From assembly GCA_043228905.1 (NCBI GenBank), contig JBHGNT010000010.1, forward strand, positions 19,406,001-19,470,000: 64,000 nucleotides of DNA, in the 5' to 3' direction. Origin of the DNA: Azolla caroliniana (Eukaryota > Plantae > Polypodiophyta). Positions within the stretch are counted from its first letter, which is position 1; every line of letters starts with the position of its first letter. Positions 12,527 through 27,854 of the stretch are shown here, piece after piece. The notes under the pieces are model-generated. The model was not told the DNA's origin and searched no databases. It saw only the letters and a program-made list of their open reading frames with translations. The position numbers were made by a program, and so were the translations under genes.

Positions 12527-12535
12527 AAACCCTAA
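12527..12535. promoter_or_regulatory. Telo-box (AAACCCTAA) upstream of RPL27
   Basis: Exact AAACCCTAA 52 nt upstream of the RPL27 ATG. Telo-boxes are established elements of plant ribosomal-protein gene promoters and 5' regions. Confidence 0.75.
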
Positions 12536-12609
12536 TCCAAAATAGACATTACAAAATGCTCCACCCTAAAAACTCAGACGGTTTCACACGGAACGGACGG
12601 ACACTCCAT

Positions 12610-12651
12610 TTCTTCTTCTTCTTCTTCTTCTTCTTCTTCTTCTTCTTCTTC
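12610..12651. repeat. (TTC)n microsatellite upstream of RPL27
   Basis: About 14 TTC units read directly. Confidence 0.95.
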
Positions 12652-13349
12652 CATTACTAGGAGGTCCAAACTTAAGTGTCTTTAATCTAAACACAATCGA
12701 AGTTTCATATGTCTGACTGACCAACTCAATCTTCATCTCGTCTCGTATTAGGCCCCATAGCTAGACAACTATCCATAACACAGTGAAGTTTCGTATGACC
12801 AAGTAACCCCACTGAAAACTCATATTGCCTTGGGGTAGATCCGATAGCTAGACAACTATCCATATTCGCAATCGCTAATCCAATGGCTTCGCAATAACTG
12901 CCTCCTCGTACATACTCGCGAACAAATTTTGACCTTATGCCGCATGGCTCGAACCAAGTGCAGGGAGAAAATTCTATGCCGATATGGCCAATGCAACCAA
13001 CCCATGCTAGAGATTGCTTTCCCAACCTCCACTTTCACAAGCCCTTTCAGCGCTCCTTCTTCAACCAATCTTCACTTTCCTGAGCCCTCTTTGGGCAAAT
13101 ATTTCTATCTAGCTTTGCTTTTGTCCACCCTCTCAAGGCTGATATTTTTTTTGCCTCCATTTTGTGAGCTCCTCTATGTTCATGTTCGCAAGCTTCTCTC
13201 AGTGTTGATATTTTGTTTGCATCGAGTTTCACGAGACTTTTGATTCAAGTCGAAGTTCTATCCAAGTTGATTCGTGCTATCTATAGCACCCCAACCTTGA
13301 ATGAGCTCCCAAAAGGAGCATTATGCTCTAGAGGAGAACCAACTTCTCA

Positions 13350-14900
13350 TTTATGTTTTTGATGAAAAGAATCTCGATATGTTGGCCAAACCATTTCTCA
13401 CATGTTTCAAGAAATCTTTTCATATGTAGTCTTGTGAACATATTTGAAGGCAAATGGAAAAAGTTGTGGTGCCAAGTGAATATATGCTTGCAATTTCCTA
13501 AAATCTATGAGAAGGTTACATGTTATGTGTGTATGGACAATGTTATTATGTTTTTTCTCAATAACACAATTGGTGTTAAGCAAGGATTCCCACTCTCACC
13601 AACTATATTTGGTCTATGCATTGATGAATTAGAACGAATGGTTGCCAAGTTTGTAAATGGACAATGGTGTTGATGAAGTTGTCATTGGGAATGCAATCAT
13701 CATGTTTTTGTTGTATCATGTATGTGGATGATATGGTGTTTTTGCAAATACTTTAGGAGATGTGCAAAAGCTTATGAGGGCACTGGAAGAATTTTGCATG
13801 CATATGAAGTACAGTGTCAACAAACTCTAAAACAAAGATGGTGTTTGTGAACAACCATAAAAAGAAACCGTGCATTAGGTACGATAATGAGGCAATTTCA
13901 TGACATCATGGAAAGCTTCAAATACGTTGGCCTTGAAGTTCCTTCAACTCATAGATGGAATGAATTGGTTATCTGCCATTTAGAGGGGGGAAATAGAGCA
14001 TAGTAAGCACACATGCAATCATGGAGAAAGTATTGGGTCCTTAATAAATACTTTTTTGACACTTTGGTGACATTGATACTTCTCTATCGAGTGGAAGTAT
14101 ATGGTAAAGTAACATCTCTAAATCCACTCAAAAAGAGTTTGAAAATGTTCAAAAGTAAAGTTTATCCACATCAAGAAACATATATGTCCTCTTACTTCTC
14201 AAGACGGAATCACGTCCCATTCAAATCATGTCCATCGAAAGGGTTGTTAAATACACGCTTAAGGTTCAAAGAAGTTGCTCTCATGGACTTCCTAAAATTG
14301 GATGCGAAGCAAGCAAAAATATCCAAAAGAGACATGTTTTAGTTTAGATGGGAGATATGGAAAAATGGTTTGGGAGGTGGGATGTAACACACTTGTTTCA
14401 TGATGCATCATTAGGTTCTTATGTAAATGAGGCATTTTTGCAACACTAATGTATCATGATATGGGAAAAATATGGAGCCAAACTGACCATCACACATTAT
14501 ACTACATATGTTGCACCTACCTACAAAACCATATTCTTTAGGGAATGAGAAAACAACACACATCAATACATGTTAGAGGACACCCCGTTGTAACATTGTT
14601 TCCATCCAAGTTAGTTCACACACTACAATATGAGACAAGGCATCGAGGCACAAGTGATAAGAGTAGTTGACTATGGACACTTTGCCCAAAACAAGTTTGG
14701 GTGTACGAGTATCACCACTTGGATACAAGGCTTTGCCTCTGACCACTTTCAACTATGCTTTCCATACATCTTTGACCAAACACGAATATTACATGAATTT
14801 CTATCATAGTAACTATGTGCACTCCCAATGGCAACATTCATTAGTAAAGTTCTTGAGCATCAAGAATCTCTCAACACTTTCACATGTATTACATGAAATG
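13350..14900 (+). mobile_element. Heavily degenerate LINE RT/C-terminal fragment, same type as the LINE in the LpxD intron
   Basis: IGVKQGFPLSPTIFGLCIDELE (RT domain 4-5 motif), followed by a decayed LLY..VDD region and FDTLVTLILLYRVEVY, compared with [14 protein letters not shown] in the other copy. Many stops and frameshifts; boundaries approximate. Confidence 0.75.
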
Positions 14901-16049
14901 AAATAATTTTGGTCTCATAGGTGATATTTGACCTTCAAATACGATGATAAAATCTACTTATTTATCTATCTCAACCATTTCCTTACTGTAAGTGATGGAC
15001 CTAGCCTTGTAATTATCGTAAGGGTTGATTAATGGAAGCTGAGCTATGCCATTGAGTTCTCACCTGCTCCCTTTTCTATCAAGTGGTAAAGTGTCACATG
15101 AATTAAGCGTCTCATTGATCTTGTGCAAGAGATTAAATCTTATACAATGATTCGCGTTTGATTTTGTCATTAGTCTAGATGTAAGTAGCTTGGGAGTCGT
15201 TGACATTTGTTCTCATCGAGTGTCACCAACAAAACGGTAGATGGTAGTAAATCCTTGCACATTGACCTTGAGGTGGTCCTCAAGAAAAAGACATTAAACT
15301 CTTGGTATGGAAACCAAATGCACCAACGATCATCCTTTGTTACTTGTGGAGATAAATTGGCTTGTGTTATATAAACTACAAAACCTTTCAAAATGTGGTG
15401 TTTGAATTATCTCAATATAAATGATAGAGATGGTGTACTTTGTTGTGATATGTGTGCTTCCATGAGGGAGATAAGTAGAGTACAATCTACAAGTAAGGCT
15501 GAAATATACATTGTTAAGATCTATGGGTTTTCTTGCAAGAGAGAAAGGTGAAATAATAAACATTGGTCTCCAAGCATCTCACCATGCAATAGCAAATGCT
15601 TATGTGAAAAACAACTCCAAAGATGGATCTTCATTTAAAGAACTTACAATTGAGCTTTTTTAAGAAACTAAACTAGTAACATCACTCTTTCATTGTCAAG
15701 AAGGGATGAACATGAATTTGGAGCCAAATGTCCATGATCATGTAGCGAAGGCTGTTGGACTTTACTCCATTCAAACATCCATAATCAAGACATAACTCTC
15801 CATGATAGAGTAGATTTTGTGTTCTATCTTAATGGCGGGGATGTAATATTTCATGTTTCCACATTTTCCAATCCAATTTGCATAATATTTTTAACAATAT
15901 CACTCAAGCTAGCATCTAAATTGAAGCCATATGTATTGATAATAAGTAATCAATCGACATCTATTACAATTGTATCAAGTACTGCAAACCCACCCTCTAA
16001 TTAGAAGCATAATTACGAGTCGACACTCCAAAATAATTCTAGATTCGAG

Positions 16050-17597
16050 TTTTTTTTTTGTTGGTAAAATCACACAATTATATTAATTGCATGTAAAAAA
16101 AACCCTATTACAACTTGTAAGTCAACTTTACATATCTACATAGAGAGATACATATTCATATCATTACAAACCATGAATACGTCTCTCGACATCCCCTAAC
16201 CTTTCTTATCAAACCAAATGACGAATGTGATGTCCAACTAACTTACATACTTGTCTCTCTTCATGATTGAATATGCTTGACATGTCCAACAATGAAATTT
16301 GCCATAAAAGGAACCCCTTCAATCTCAACACATAACAATGTACTCCCCTTTGTTCATCAAATATAAAAGCATTTCGCATATGCCAAATAAACCAAAGCTC
16401 ATAATACCTCAAATAATCCAAAATAATCTGAAAAGAAAGTGAAAGACCTCCTAATTCCACTTGTGCAAAAACTCATTTGAAAGGAGACTGTATCACTCCT
16501 ATCAACGACATCCATATTGCATTGATAAACTTCCAAACCATCTTTGTAACAGGACATGAAATAAATTGATGTCGACTGTGCTCTACTTCCACCATACAAA
16601 AGAAACAGAAACCACTAGTAATTTTTCTTTTGCATAAAGCATCGCCCAATGGCAATCCACCAACCATAACCCTCAAAATAAACACCTTCACTCTAAATGA
16701 CAAATGTGAACACCAACCCTTCTGAAGTACATTTTTCCACTAGATTGTTGGCCTATGAAAAGACCATACCTTAATTACCCTATTTTCTAACCACACATGT
16801 TTCCCAATAATTGTATGATAAACCTCGTTCGTTGAAACCATACTTAAGTTGTTCCCCCCCATCCATGTCCAATCAAGATATAGAGAATCTTCATTCAAAT
16901 GTGGCACATGCCCTTGCAACATTGATAGTCCTTGTAATGTATCCCAAATGTGCCGATAATTGCGTGGAATTCCGAATGTTGATCTAGCAGTACAAAAAGC
17001 CATCAACCTTCTTTGAGAAGTCAAAATTGCATCTTTTAGTGATACCAATCCTAATCGAGCCATTCGATTAAATTGATGTTGCAAAGATTGTTTACTTTCC
17101 CAATCCAACACCCTTAATGTTGCCAAAATCTCTAGTTGTAGCGAATTTGCATGCTCTCTATGTGATGGAGGATCCCACTTGACAAATTCTAACACATTCT
17201 GCCAGAGATGATAATAATTGATTAACAACCCAAGACATTGAACACTTCACTTGCCTTTTGGAGTTGACTACATTCCACCAATGTGTTTCCACTCTTACTT
17301 TGCCAAACTTGATGCCAATTCTCTCAATAAAGAAAATCACCATTTCTATCCATGGTTGTGTGTTTGCAAACATAGAAATGAGTAATGAAAACCTCCGAGC
17401 TACCATATGCTCATATACATTCAATAATGTTGCTCCACCAAGCCGTTTTGGAGTACAAATATGATCCTATGCCAACAAAGAAATGCCATGTTTCCCTTTT
17501 TTCTCCCATAATAATGAACGCATGGATTGGGTAACCTTTTCAATAGCCTTCTTAGACCATGGCAACAATGGAAGATAACTCTACATCATTAGAGTGG
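16050..17597 (-). mobile_element. 5'-truncated L1-clade LINE (ORF2 C-terminus, zf-RVT region)
   Basis: Minus-strand motifs W-HICTPKRLGG, KVFILRVMVGGLPLGDAL..CFFC...EHSRHQFISCP and WFIWHMRNAFIFD. Poly(A) tail seen as a T run at 16050-16059. A possible decayed TSD lies at about 16029-16049 versus about 17598-17618. Confidence 0.85.
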
Positions 17598-17667
17598 CAT
17601 AATAAATCTACAATCGTGTTCAAGAGAAAACATAACTTATTTACACAGAGTCTTGAGGAAATGTGAA

Positions 17668-17694
17668 GGGGGGGTGGGGTGGGGTGGGGTGGGG
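17668..17694 (+). repeat. (GGGGT)n G-tract array, potential G-quadruplex, in the H2A.X promoter
   Basis: G7-T-(G4-T)3-G4 read directly. Confidence 0.8.
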
Positions 17695-17697
17695 CTG

Positions 17698-17803
17698 CCA
17701 CGCTGGCGATCCGTTCATGAGCCAACGAGAAGAGAGACAAGGATCGGACGGCCAAGATTTAAAAAGATCGAACGGCCCGCAGAGCGTTCGGAGGCCTATA
17801 TAA
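17698..17803 (+). promoter_or_regulatory. H2A.X proximal promoter: degenerate histone type-I element, GATC..ACGG motifs, TATA box
   Basis: CCACGCTGGCGATCCG at 17698-17713 has the spacing of the plant histone type-I element CCACGTCANCGATCCGCG. Also GGATCGGACGG and AGATCGAACGG, and CTATATAAA at about 17796-17803. Confidence 0.55.
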
Positions 17804-17874
17804 ACATATGGAGGTATAATCCTCTTCTCTCTTCTCTTCTAAACCCTCTCTCTGCTTCTCTTATTTTCCTTTGA

Positions 17875-18664
<790 letters not shown>

Positions 18665-19941
18665 TTGAGATCAGGTTGGGAAACAAATTAGAACAGTGGC
18701 ATCCAAGATAAAGACATTTTTATCTGGACTTCCTATTATGTTTTGGATCGATTGGGATTGAACTGCAGAAAAAACATATCTGTAATGTGCTTACCAAGCT
18801 TTCTTGCTGTAATACAGTCAACAAATTTGTGACGTTACTCATTATTTTGAACCCATATACCATTCCAAAGGTCTTTTAGTTCCTTCTGTGAATTTGAAAA
18901 TCTCACTGTGGTTTCCCTTTAATTTACTGGTGGTTCGTTATGTGTATGTGTTTCTTGCTGATGCATGCATCCGCATGCTCTATTGCAAAGGATAAGGGAT
19001 TGTGATCTAATTCTATAGCAATGAATGAAATGGATTTTGTTGAAGGGATTACCTGTGACATATAGATAATAATTTTATAAAAGGGCAAATAAGACTGAAT
19101 TTTAATATGCTCTAAAGTCATTGGATAGTTGTGGACGCCATTATACTCAACTACATTTTGCCTAATCATGTTAGTGGATAACTCATACAACTGGTTGAGT
19201 TCCAAATGAGTAAGTATATAACATATACAAAAAATACAAAAAATTTGTGTTAAACCAAATCTTCGGTTCAATCTAGACATTGGAAGGGTGGCAAAAGTTG
19301 ACATTAAGGCAAATATTAATCTGTCTGCTGTAGGTTTTGATTGAGTGAGAATGTGACATGTCAAAAAGAATTCATGTGAAAATAAACCTCATAGCCATTG
19401 GAAGGTAGCGAGATGTTGCCATTAGGCAAGTGTTGATATCAGTCTAATCCTCTGTGTTTCTCTAGGTTTTGATTATACCAATACAATATTAAATTTATCT
19501 GCAGACTATTGTCTCAATAGAGTTCATTTGGCCTACTATTTACTCTATAACAATTGATGAATTCAGTTGGTGTGTACATACTTTTTCAGACTATTTAAAA
19601 GCCATGACCATCTGACCATATTGCACAGTTAGTGAAGCATCAGTAGATCGTTGGATAGAGTTATTAATGCTTTGCAAAACTCAAAGTTCCATATTCCTGT
19701 ATGGATGATTTCCATTAACAAAATATCCAGGAAAAAATGCATTTTTAAGGTTGTTGACAGCTACTTCTCGTGCAAAACATGTCACGCTCACTCTTCTATA
19801 AAGAAGATTTACCTTGTTGGTAAATGCATATGCTGATTTTTAATACTTTTATCAGCATAAACCAGTGAGAACTGGTGCAGTGTTTCAGATGACAACTCCT
19901 GGGGATTAAGAAAATATACAAGTAATTTGTCAGGAAATCTC

Positions 19942-22900
19942 TCATTTTGATGACCATCGGTGCCCTGATACATGATAGCCACCAAGTCCTTGATCACTGC
20001 TCTCTCCACCGCTATCTACAGTTTTGTAAGTGTAGGTGTATTTTGTTTTTTTGCGTTTCTCCATTCCACTATCACTTATACTACCATTTAGGAAAGGATC
20101 ATCAATCCCTCTCACGGTCGGAAGCCAAGTATCATCCTTTACTTGCTTTTTATGATCTCGGTGCATTGTTGCCTTCAATCGATCAAAACCTTTTTCCATT
20201 GGTTCCCGCACTTTACCTACTGTAAACTTCACATCACTTATAACCTGGAAAATTGTATGCAATCAGTATTTTGATTTGAGGTTTGAGCTTAATTGTAACA
20301 AAGAATAATATGCCATTGGAATTGAACATTAATATATCAATGTATAATGTTTGCTGGATAAACTGAAAGACAAGTAACTGATTAACTGGAGAAATAGAAT
20401 GAACATACTGGTTAGTTCGACATTATGATACCATAAAAACCCTTTTGAGTTAACAAAATAGTAACTACTATACAGTTGTGGAATTTGATAAATATCACAC
20501 CCTGCTCAGGTTTAAATATAAAGATCCTAACATGCTAACAAACATTCTAACTCGCAAGAATTCTTACATATGCACCGCCTTTGAACACAAGATCATGCAT
20601 GCTTTCCTTTAAACTTGTTCCTTCTGCAACATCAGCACAAGCTAGCCGTTTGACTGTCGGTCGCTCAAGGTCTTTGACTTCATCTGGATCGGGAGGCATG
20701 TCAAGTGCAGCATAATCTGACAAAACAGACACACTTCCACGTTTTTGTGGTCCCATGAGTTGGTATGGTTTTGCTGGAAGAACATAAACATGACCAACAG
20801 CTGCAAATCCCATCTGCATGGAAATCTCACATCTTTTTTTCCCTTTAAGGGTATTCTATTATATAGTTGTAACTGTTGAGGTCATATTCATCTCTCTCTC
20901 TCTCTCTCTCTCTCAACCAAACTGATATCATTAAATGGTATAGCAGCCTCTTACGGCACTCTCACTCTAGGCAGATACGAAATCAGAAGAGCATTATATC
21001 TACCGTTCTGCTGTTTAGTGTGAAACAAGAGGAAGATACCAATGTCTTTCAAACAAGGTTTGGCCCAGAATGCAAAGTAGACCAGCAGTCCTTGGTACTG
21101 GTCTTGCTAGAATCGAGAAACATGGATGACATTATAACCACAACAGCTCGTAAAAAGAGAACCATCATCACTTTCTTTAGCTTCATCACCAATGATACTA
21201 GTTCACGAAAGGCTACACAACTAGGACACTTTTAAGAGGTTACAATAGATCTTGAAATAACAATGCGGTGTGCACATAGGCCATGGATCATCTAAGATCA
21301 CAGCCCGTCACACTTCAGAAGGCATGTTGGGGCGTCCCATGTTGAAGAATTTTCAAAGGCAGAAGTTTCATCCTATCTACCTTCAGAATCGTAAGTGCTT
21401 TGATAACTGGATTCTCTTGTAGCTTACGTTTAGTTAAATTTATTTTTGTTTGTCCTCGAAGATGAGACATGATGTTAAAATGCGCAAGTTATATTGCAAC
21501 AGCATTAATACTCAATATCAATAAGCTTACAGCGCACACCTGCCATTAATGCTCAAAATAATCAGTCTTATGAGGAATGTTGCAAAACAGGGAGAAACTT
21601 GCAATCAGAAGTGATTCCAGGATTTGTTCACATTCCAATGTGGTATGAGGATTTTTATCGTTACTACATAAGGTGAGAAATGCAGTTGATTAGTGACAAT
21701 TTGAAAAGGAAAACGTTTAATGAAAGGTAATCTAGCACTTGACTAAAATAATTTGAGGCTTAGCATGAATAAGAAAATGGAATCTATGACATCTGGCTTA
21801 GAAGCATGCTTGGTGGAGATAGCCATACTGATATTACTATTACTGACAGCATTTTGCTGATTTCTGCCTCACTGAGGGGAACACAAAGGGATTCAGATGT
21901 TTTAAAAATATTTTGTACAGAAACCTTAAAAGAAATGATGCAACAGGCTGTTACAATTATATCACAGATTACTATATTAGACCTTAGAAGATATTCTATT
22001 TTGTTACTTGCTGATTAGAGACATAAGTTGTTTAGGGAATGGTATCTTAAACTAATAATTTGTTGACATTGGTTAGATCAAGGATTATCCTAAGAACCTC
22101 TTGACTCTTAGGAAAATATCATCAATAGTTACAGCAGTGGAATAATGAAACTATGTCCCAATCAATAGTTACAGCAGTGGAATAATGAAACTATGTCCCA
22201 AATTCAAGCAACAATTCGGATGGAAATGAGAAAGCAGAAACATCATTAAGTCTGAGAATATCATAAGTTAAATGCAAATTGGAATTAGAAAATTTTGTGT
22301 GTATGCAGAAGAACATGGAAATTGTCTTATGAAATTACTTGCTCTAATGAAACCTTTGCTATCAATTTTATTAGAGCATATTCATTGGGATTCCATAATG
22401 GAAGAGCATAAATTGATTGGAATACGACTAACCTCTATGCAAATGAAGAAATCCTGTATTCGAGCTTGTACGTTTTCTTCATCTTCAAATCTAGATGATT
22501 GGATAGCACAAAAGATCGCAATCAGAAGACCTTGCCACCAAGTCAGAAATACAATGGCCTTGAAGCATAAGAACTTATATAATGGCCGGATTGGTGCAAG
22601 TTCTTCTTTTGTAATATTATAGAATTGCATTAGGCAATATAGTGCCCAGCATTGACTAAAATTGATTGCCACAGCTACATAGAGGTACCTGAGAGAGTAG
22701 CGAACATACATGGATCAAAGTTCACAAACAGTGCATTTCCATTGCTTTTTAGTTAATGAACTTTTAATAAATGCATCTCTACATAATATATTAATGGATT
22801 ATTGACTAAAAGTACCCTCTATTCCATTGAAACACTCCTTCGCCATACAAGTTCCAAATCTGCAGCACTAATGCAACTAGGGCACCAACCGTCTTTAAAA

Positions 22901-25900
22901 TCATCTACAAAAAAATAGCTCAAGTTAAGCCAGGATGGTAAAAACATTACAGAAAATGATATGCAGCAAATACTGGCTTTATAAGTGAGTGAGTGAGTGA
23001 GAGAGAGAGAGAGTTCTTATCAGGTTCTCATCCAACCATAGGACTTTGATAAACTAATTGATTGTTGTGAAGTACATACAGAAACATAAAACTACACTCA
23101 AGAGAAGGTCCATCTCAATAACTTCAGATTCTGGAAACCACCTCATCCACTCTGAGCCAGATGCTATGGCATCCTTAGTCACAGTAGCAATACCCAATTG
23201 TCGGTGGAAGTTCATAGATCAACATTCATACAGAGTTGTGTCAGATGCACAAACCATGACAATAAGTTTTCTATTGCTTATCAATATAGTGGCAGGCAGC
23301 CTCAGCTCTGAACTTTGCACCCTGAGCTGCAGGGCTAATTTTCTAGCTTTAACAGGGTGGTTACAGAAGGGCCATGTTTCGAATGAGGCAAAGTGATTAC
23401 ACAATGCATACTATTTATCATTACATGAGTACTCACTATCCAAAGAATTTGATCAATGCCAGTATATTATCTTGTTAACTCAATCCACCAAGAACTGACT
23501 TCCAAATATGATGAATGATATGCTATACATGCAGAAATATTTAAATACGAGAAATGATAGTTAAAACAATGCATTCTAATTATTACTGGAAGGGTACTTT
23601 GATAAATGTCAGCACACTCTCTTGTTAAAACACAAGATTGAATTTCATCCAAAGAGTACTATCTTTCAAAAATAATGAATAATAGTTACGTGATACATTT
23701 TCACTATTACTACTCATTATCATAGCAAGAATATCAACATGCTGAAACCAATAAATGTCAGTATACTATCTTGGCAGGCATCACAAAATCATTTGTGAAT
23801 GCTTTTCATCCAGACAACCCAACTCTAACAGAAACTACAACTAAAAGTATTTACATAAGAAATTGACTGTTAGTATATATAATTAGCATATCCACATACA
23901 AATTGCACAATCCCAAATTTGAAAGCTTGATAAAACTGTCTTCCGAGGTCCCAAGGTTGTAGCACATAATTGAGTGGGAAACTGTGTTTGACAGCTGCTC
24001 TTCCAGCAGATTGCACAAGAAGTGGTGTTCGAGGACCTGCAACCGCTTGCCGCTCCATTGATTCCATTGTCTTCTCTTCACCACCTAAAAATACCGTGTA
24101 CATAAATTTACTAATATCTCTTATAAACATGATCACCTAGACAGTTTGTATTCACTTAGTTAGGCTCTCTTTGCTCTAATTGACATGAGCATGAGGCACA
24201 TGTTATGCTAGTTAAAGAATCATAAATAAGTTCTGTAAGTCACAAAGGGTGTTGTTGTAAAGAGAACTGAAACAGATAATTATGAAAAAAAAACAGTATT
24301 CTGATATAAATCAATGCGTTCATAGGAGGTTTCAAGAGGTTCTTAAACCATTCATGTTGAGAACGTGTTTGGGGATATTGACACTAGAAAGGTTAAGCTG
24401 ACTTGTAAGATGTGACACAGGATACAGAAGTGGCATGTAGCATGGAAAGCAGGAAGGAACTCAGAGTCAAGCTATTCACAGACACAGAGTGTGGATACAA
24501 AAACAATAAAGATAGGGAAAGACAGTGACATCGGATAAAAAGTTGTCTGCTGCACGGTGGGAATAGAATGAGATACCTCTCACCTGCAATTCCATTCAAA
24601 TGGAAGGAAATGCATTTTCTTCAAACTGTGAGGAGGCTTGGATGGAGCAGAGATGTCAATTTCAGCTTCCTAATACCATTTTCTTTCTGCTTTATCATTA
24701 ATTTAAACATCAACTTCTACAAAGTAGCACAAAAAACCCTTAGTTGAGCTCTCATCACAGAAGCAATGTATGGGCCAGTAAATATATCCACATATGAGGC
24801 AGTTTGGCCTCAGAGTTTGCTTGGAGAAATGAGATTGCTTCAATAAAGGAGTTCAACACATTCACGTGTACAATGCCCGAATCTGTAACATGACTTCTGG
24901 GAAAACAACAAGCCATCGAGATCATGGGGCAAAAACATCAATCAGTAGTTGAGACAGATACCATGAAGTAATGAAATATGCTAGATATTTATTGGTGATC
25001 CCTCAAGAGTTAGAGCTCTGCTTTGGAGTTTCAACTCTACATTCTTGGTCATTAAGAACCCGAGTTGACACACCAAGAGGGTCACGACCTGATTGTACAG
25101 GTGCCTACATATTGTTTTTGGTCATGAGGACTGTCCAATAACTAGGTATCCTCGTTTTTCTTGTATGTTCAGTAACCTGTTTGCTAATCTTGAGTATTTG
25201 GTGCGTATATATGTATATGTATTTATATATACACCTTTATAAGAGCAAACTAATCTGGGTTGACAAAGTACATGTACTTGAGCAGAAGAGAGAGACAGAT
25301 ATAATAATAGCAATAAGTTACAATAAAATAAAAGATCTCCGTCTCACTCCCATCCTTTCTCTTTGAACAATCCAAACTTCTATTGCTACATTCTAAAACA
25401 GGCTTGTGCACAAGGCAGCAATGGGTACAATGAGTATAAGAAAACAAGGGAAATATATTGACAGATTCTACAGAAGGAAAAAGAGTCCATTCCAGTTCCC
25501 TTATAGTTGCTTTATTCCTGAGTCAAACGAATTCTAACACAATATCTAGAAACACTCACAATAAACTAGCAATAACCACAAATCTCCATTAAGGAAAAAG
25601 GCTTAAGTTAAATATGGAAGTAAGCAATACAAAAATTTGGTGCACTACATTATAATTTCATTTTCTAAATAGTTAACTGAACTTAACATCTTCAGTCATA
25701 AAAATGCCAGTTTGATGAGTACCTAGACAGGCAACAAGATACCGCCCAAAGGAATATAATGCAAAAGCTTCATAACAATCTCGAACAATCTCAAACACCA
25801 GTGCAGCATGAGTACTGCAAAAAGACACATACTACAAGAGCAAACAGATTTTTTTTAATCTTCTTCACAAGAATTAAAATACGAACAAAACCTGTGACAA

Positions 25901-26280
25901 TTGTGTACTTACAGATTCAACAGCGTAGATTGGAACTATCAAAACAACTCCAATTATCCATTTTTGCTCCTGACATGTAAACGGGAATATCACTACATCA
26001 ATGCTTGTTTCATTATAAGCAAAACATGAGTAATTGATTATAGGTTATAAGCCAACAACGAAATAGAATAACTCACCTCTGGATTGTTATACCATGAAAG
26101 ATGCTCAAATATTAGAAATGTTGATAGAGCAACAGCAAAGAGTACAAAAATGCCTGATACAACAATAGTAGCTGTATGGAACCCTGTGGGTGATAATGAT
26201 AATACATTCAAAGAATTCAGGCCATTTTCAATCATATCCAAGTGACCAACTGGAAGATTCACATCCAAATACCCTGGCAT
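19942..26280 (-). CDS. LAZ1: LAZ1-like protein (OSTalpha/TMEM184, DUF300), 482 aa
   Basis: Exons 26280-26077, 25969-25913, 25831-25723, 24084-23900, 22904-22816, 22688-22433, 20813-20568 and 20244-19942, phase-consistent (1449 nt). Motifs LIFEHLSWYNNPEEQK, RDCYEAFALYSFGRYLVACLG, NFSQCWALYCL, KFLCFKAIVFLTWWQG and IQDFFICIEMG. A probable non-coding 5' exon ends at 27734 (CAG|GTAAAA). Confidence 0.93.
22121..22200. repeat. Exact 40-bp tandem duplication in a LAZ1 intron
   Basis: ATCAATAGTTACAGCAGTGGAATAATGAAACTATGTCCCA occurs twice in tandem. Confidence 0.95.
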
Positions 26281-27800
26281 TACCTGCATCGTGGCATTCG
26301 TTAATCCAAATACTATGAAGTCCATCAAATACATATATTTAAGAGAACCACCTTCTTCAAAAGCCTAATATTTAATAATGCAGCTTTGTTCAGTTCAAAG
26401 AATTTTTTTGCCTTTATTACAAGATTGAAAAAAATCTGCATCTGATGCATTAGCATTCATAATATACACGCTCAGAATCATTACAAAATCATTAATCAGC
26501 TCTGAGATAAAATGATATCTGTTCTGAAAAGTGTTTTGTACATATAGGAATTACTTCTCCAAGTATTCTCAAATATATTTTGGACTTCCGTATGATTTTG
26601 TCATCAATTTCATGATGCACATCTACATAAGTGTGTGACTTAGAGAGAGTATTTTGAGCTATGCAAGGGTAAGATTAAAATGTGGTCGATGGAGCTTACA
26701 GGCTTGTTTTTATTCTGAGAGTTTAAAATTTTAGTTTCCATCTCATTGGGTTTTTAGTTTCATTTCAAAATTCACACAAACCACATATGATGGCACATCT
26801 TTATATCAACTTCAAAACCCTCGTAACTACCTTGTAGTATCACGCGACTGCGTATATTGAAGAATCCATCACAATCAACAGAAATCAAGAGAAATAAAAA
26901 AGTTTTTGAATATCGCTTACAAGTTAGATGTAGTATGCGACCATCTATTTGGAAGTATACATTTAGAAAAGATAGTGGCCATAGTACTTCGGCAAAAGAG
27001 TGAAAAAAGTATTTAAAATTCCATAAGATCAAAGGGAATCATGCCAAGAAAAAAAGGTGTGATAAGCTAATGATTACATTATTTCAAGGAAGATTGATCA
27101 AGTATTCTTGAATTCATCAAGGTCAATGCAAAGGAAGCAAAAAAAATAAATTTTCAGATAAAACAATAGTTACACACTGTATTCCCAATCAAATGATCAA
27201 GAATTAATCAAGATCAATAATAAATAAAAACCATATGAGAAAAAAGGCATTGATAATGCAGTCGTCACAGGATTCAGCAAAGGTCAGCCAAATATTCAAG
27301 AACTCTTGAAGAAAAATGGAAAGCAAAAGTCAAATAAAAGAAAAGGTTTGAACAAAACTTACAAGTCAAAAGTAACAAGAATCAGTGCAAAGAAGGTCAA
27401 GAAACAAGTAACAAGATTTGAATATCACTTACAAGTGCGAAGATCTTTCTGTAAATTCAGCATATGCCAACAACTTCTGAGCAAATAAAATCTAGCCTTC
27501 GTCGCAACTCTTTGTGACGAGTATTCATGACACGAGCTGTTGGAATTTCGGAAGGAGTAATTCCTTGTTCTTGAACTGATCAAAGAGAGAGAAACCCTGT
27601 CGAAACTTTAGCCGGGAGGCTTCGACTTCGACTGGGAGACCCTATCAATCAAAGACATAAGCAGAGACAAATGGAGAGAAAGAGCGTCGTTCCAAGCAAA
27701 AGAGGGAGGAAGAAATGGAATGGTTTCTTTTACCTGCAGCGTGTAGAGCGAGCACGAAAACAGCAGGGAGGAGAAACAGATGTTGAAGCAAGCAGAGAAT

Positions 27801-27854
27801 CAGAAGAAGAAGAAGAAGAATCAGACGAAGAAGAAGAAGAAGAAGAAGAAGAAG
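27801..27854. repeat. (GAA)n tracts in the LAZ1 5'UTR region
   Basis: Two GAA runs separated by TCAGAC, which are CTT-rich on the LAZ1 sense strand. Confidence 0.9.
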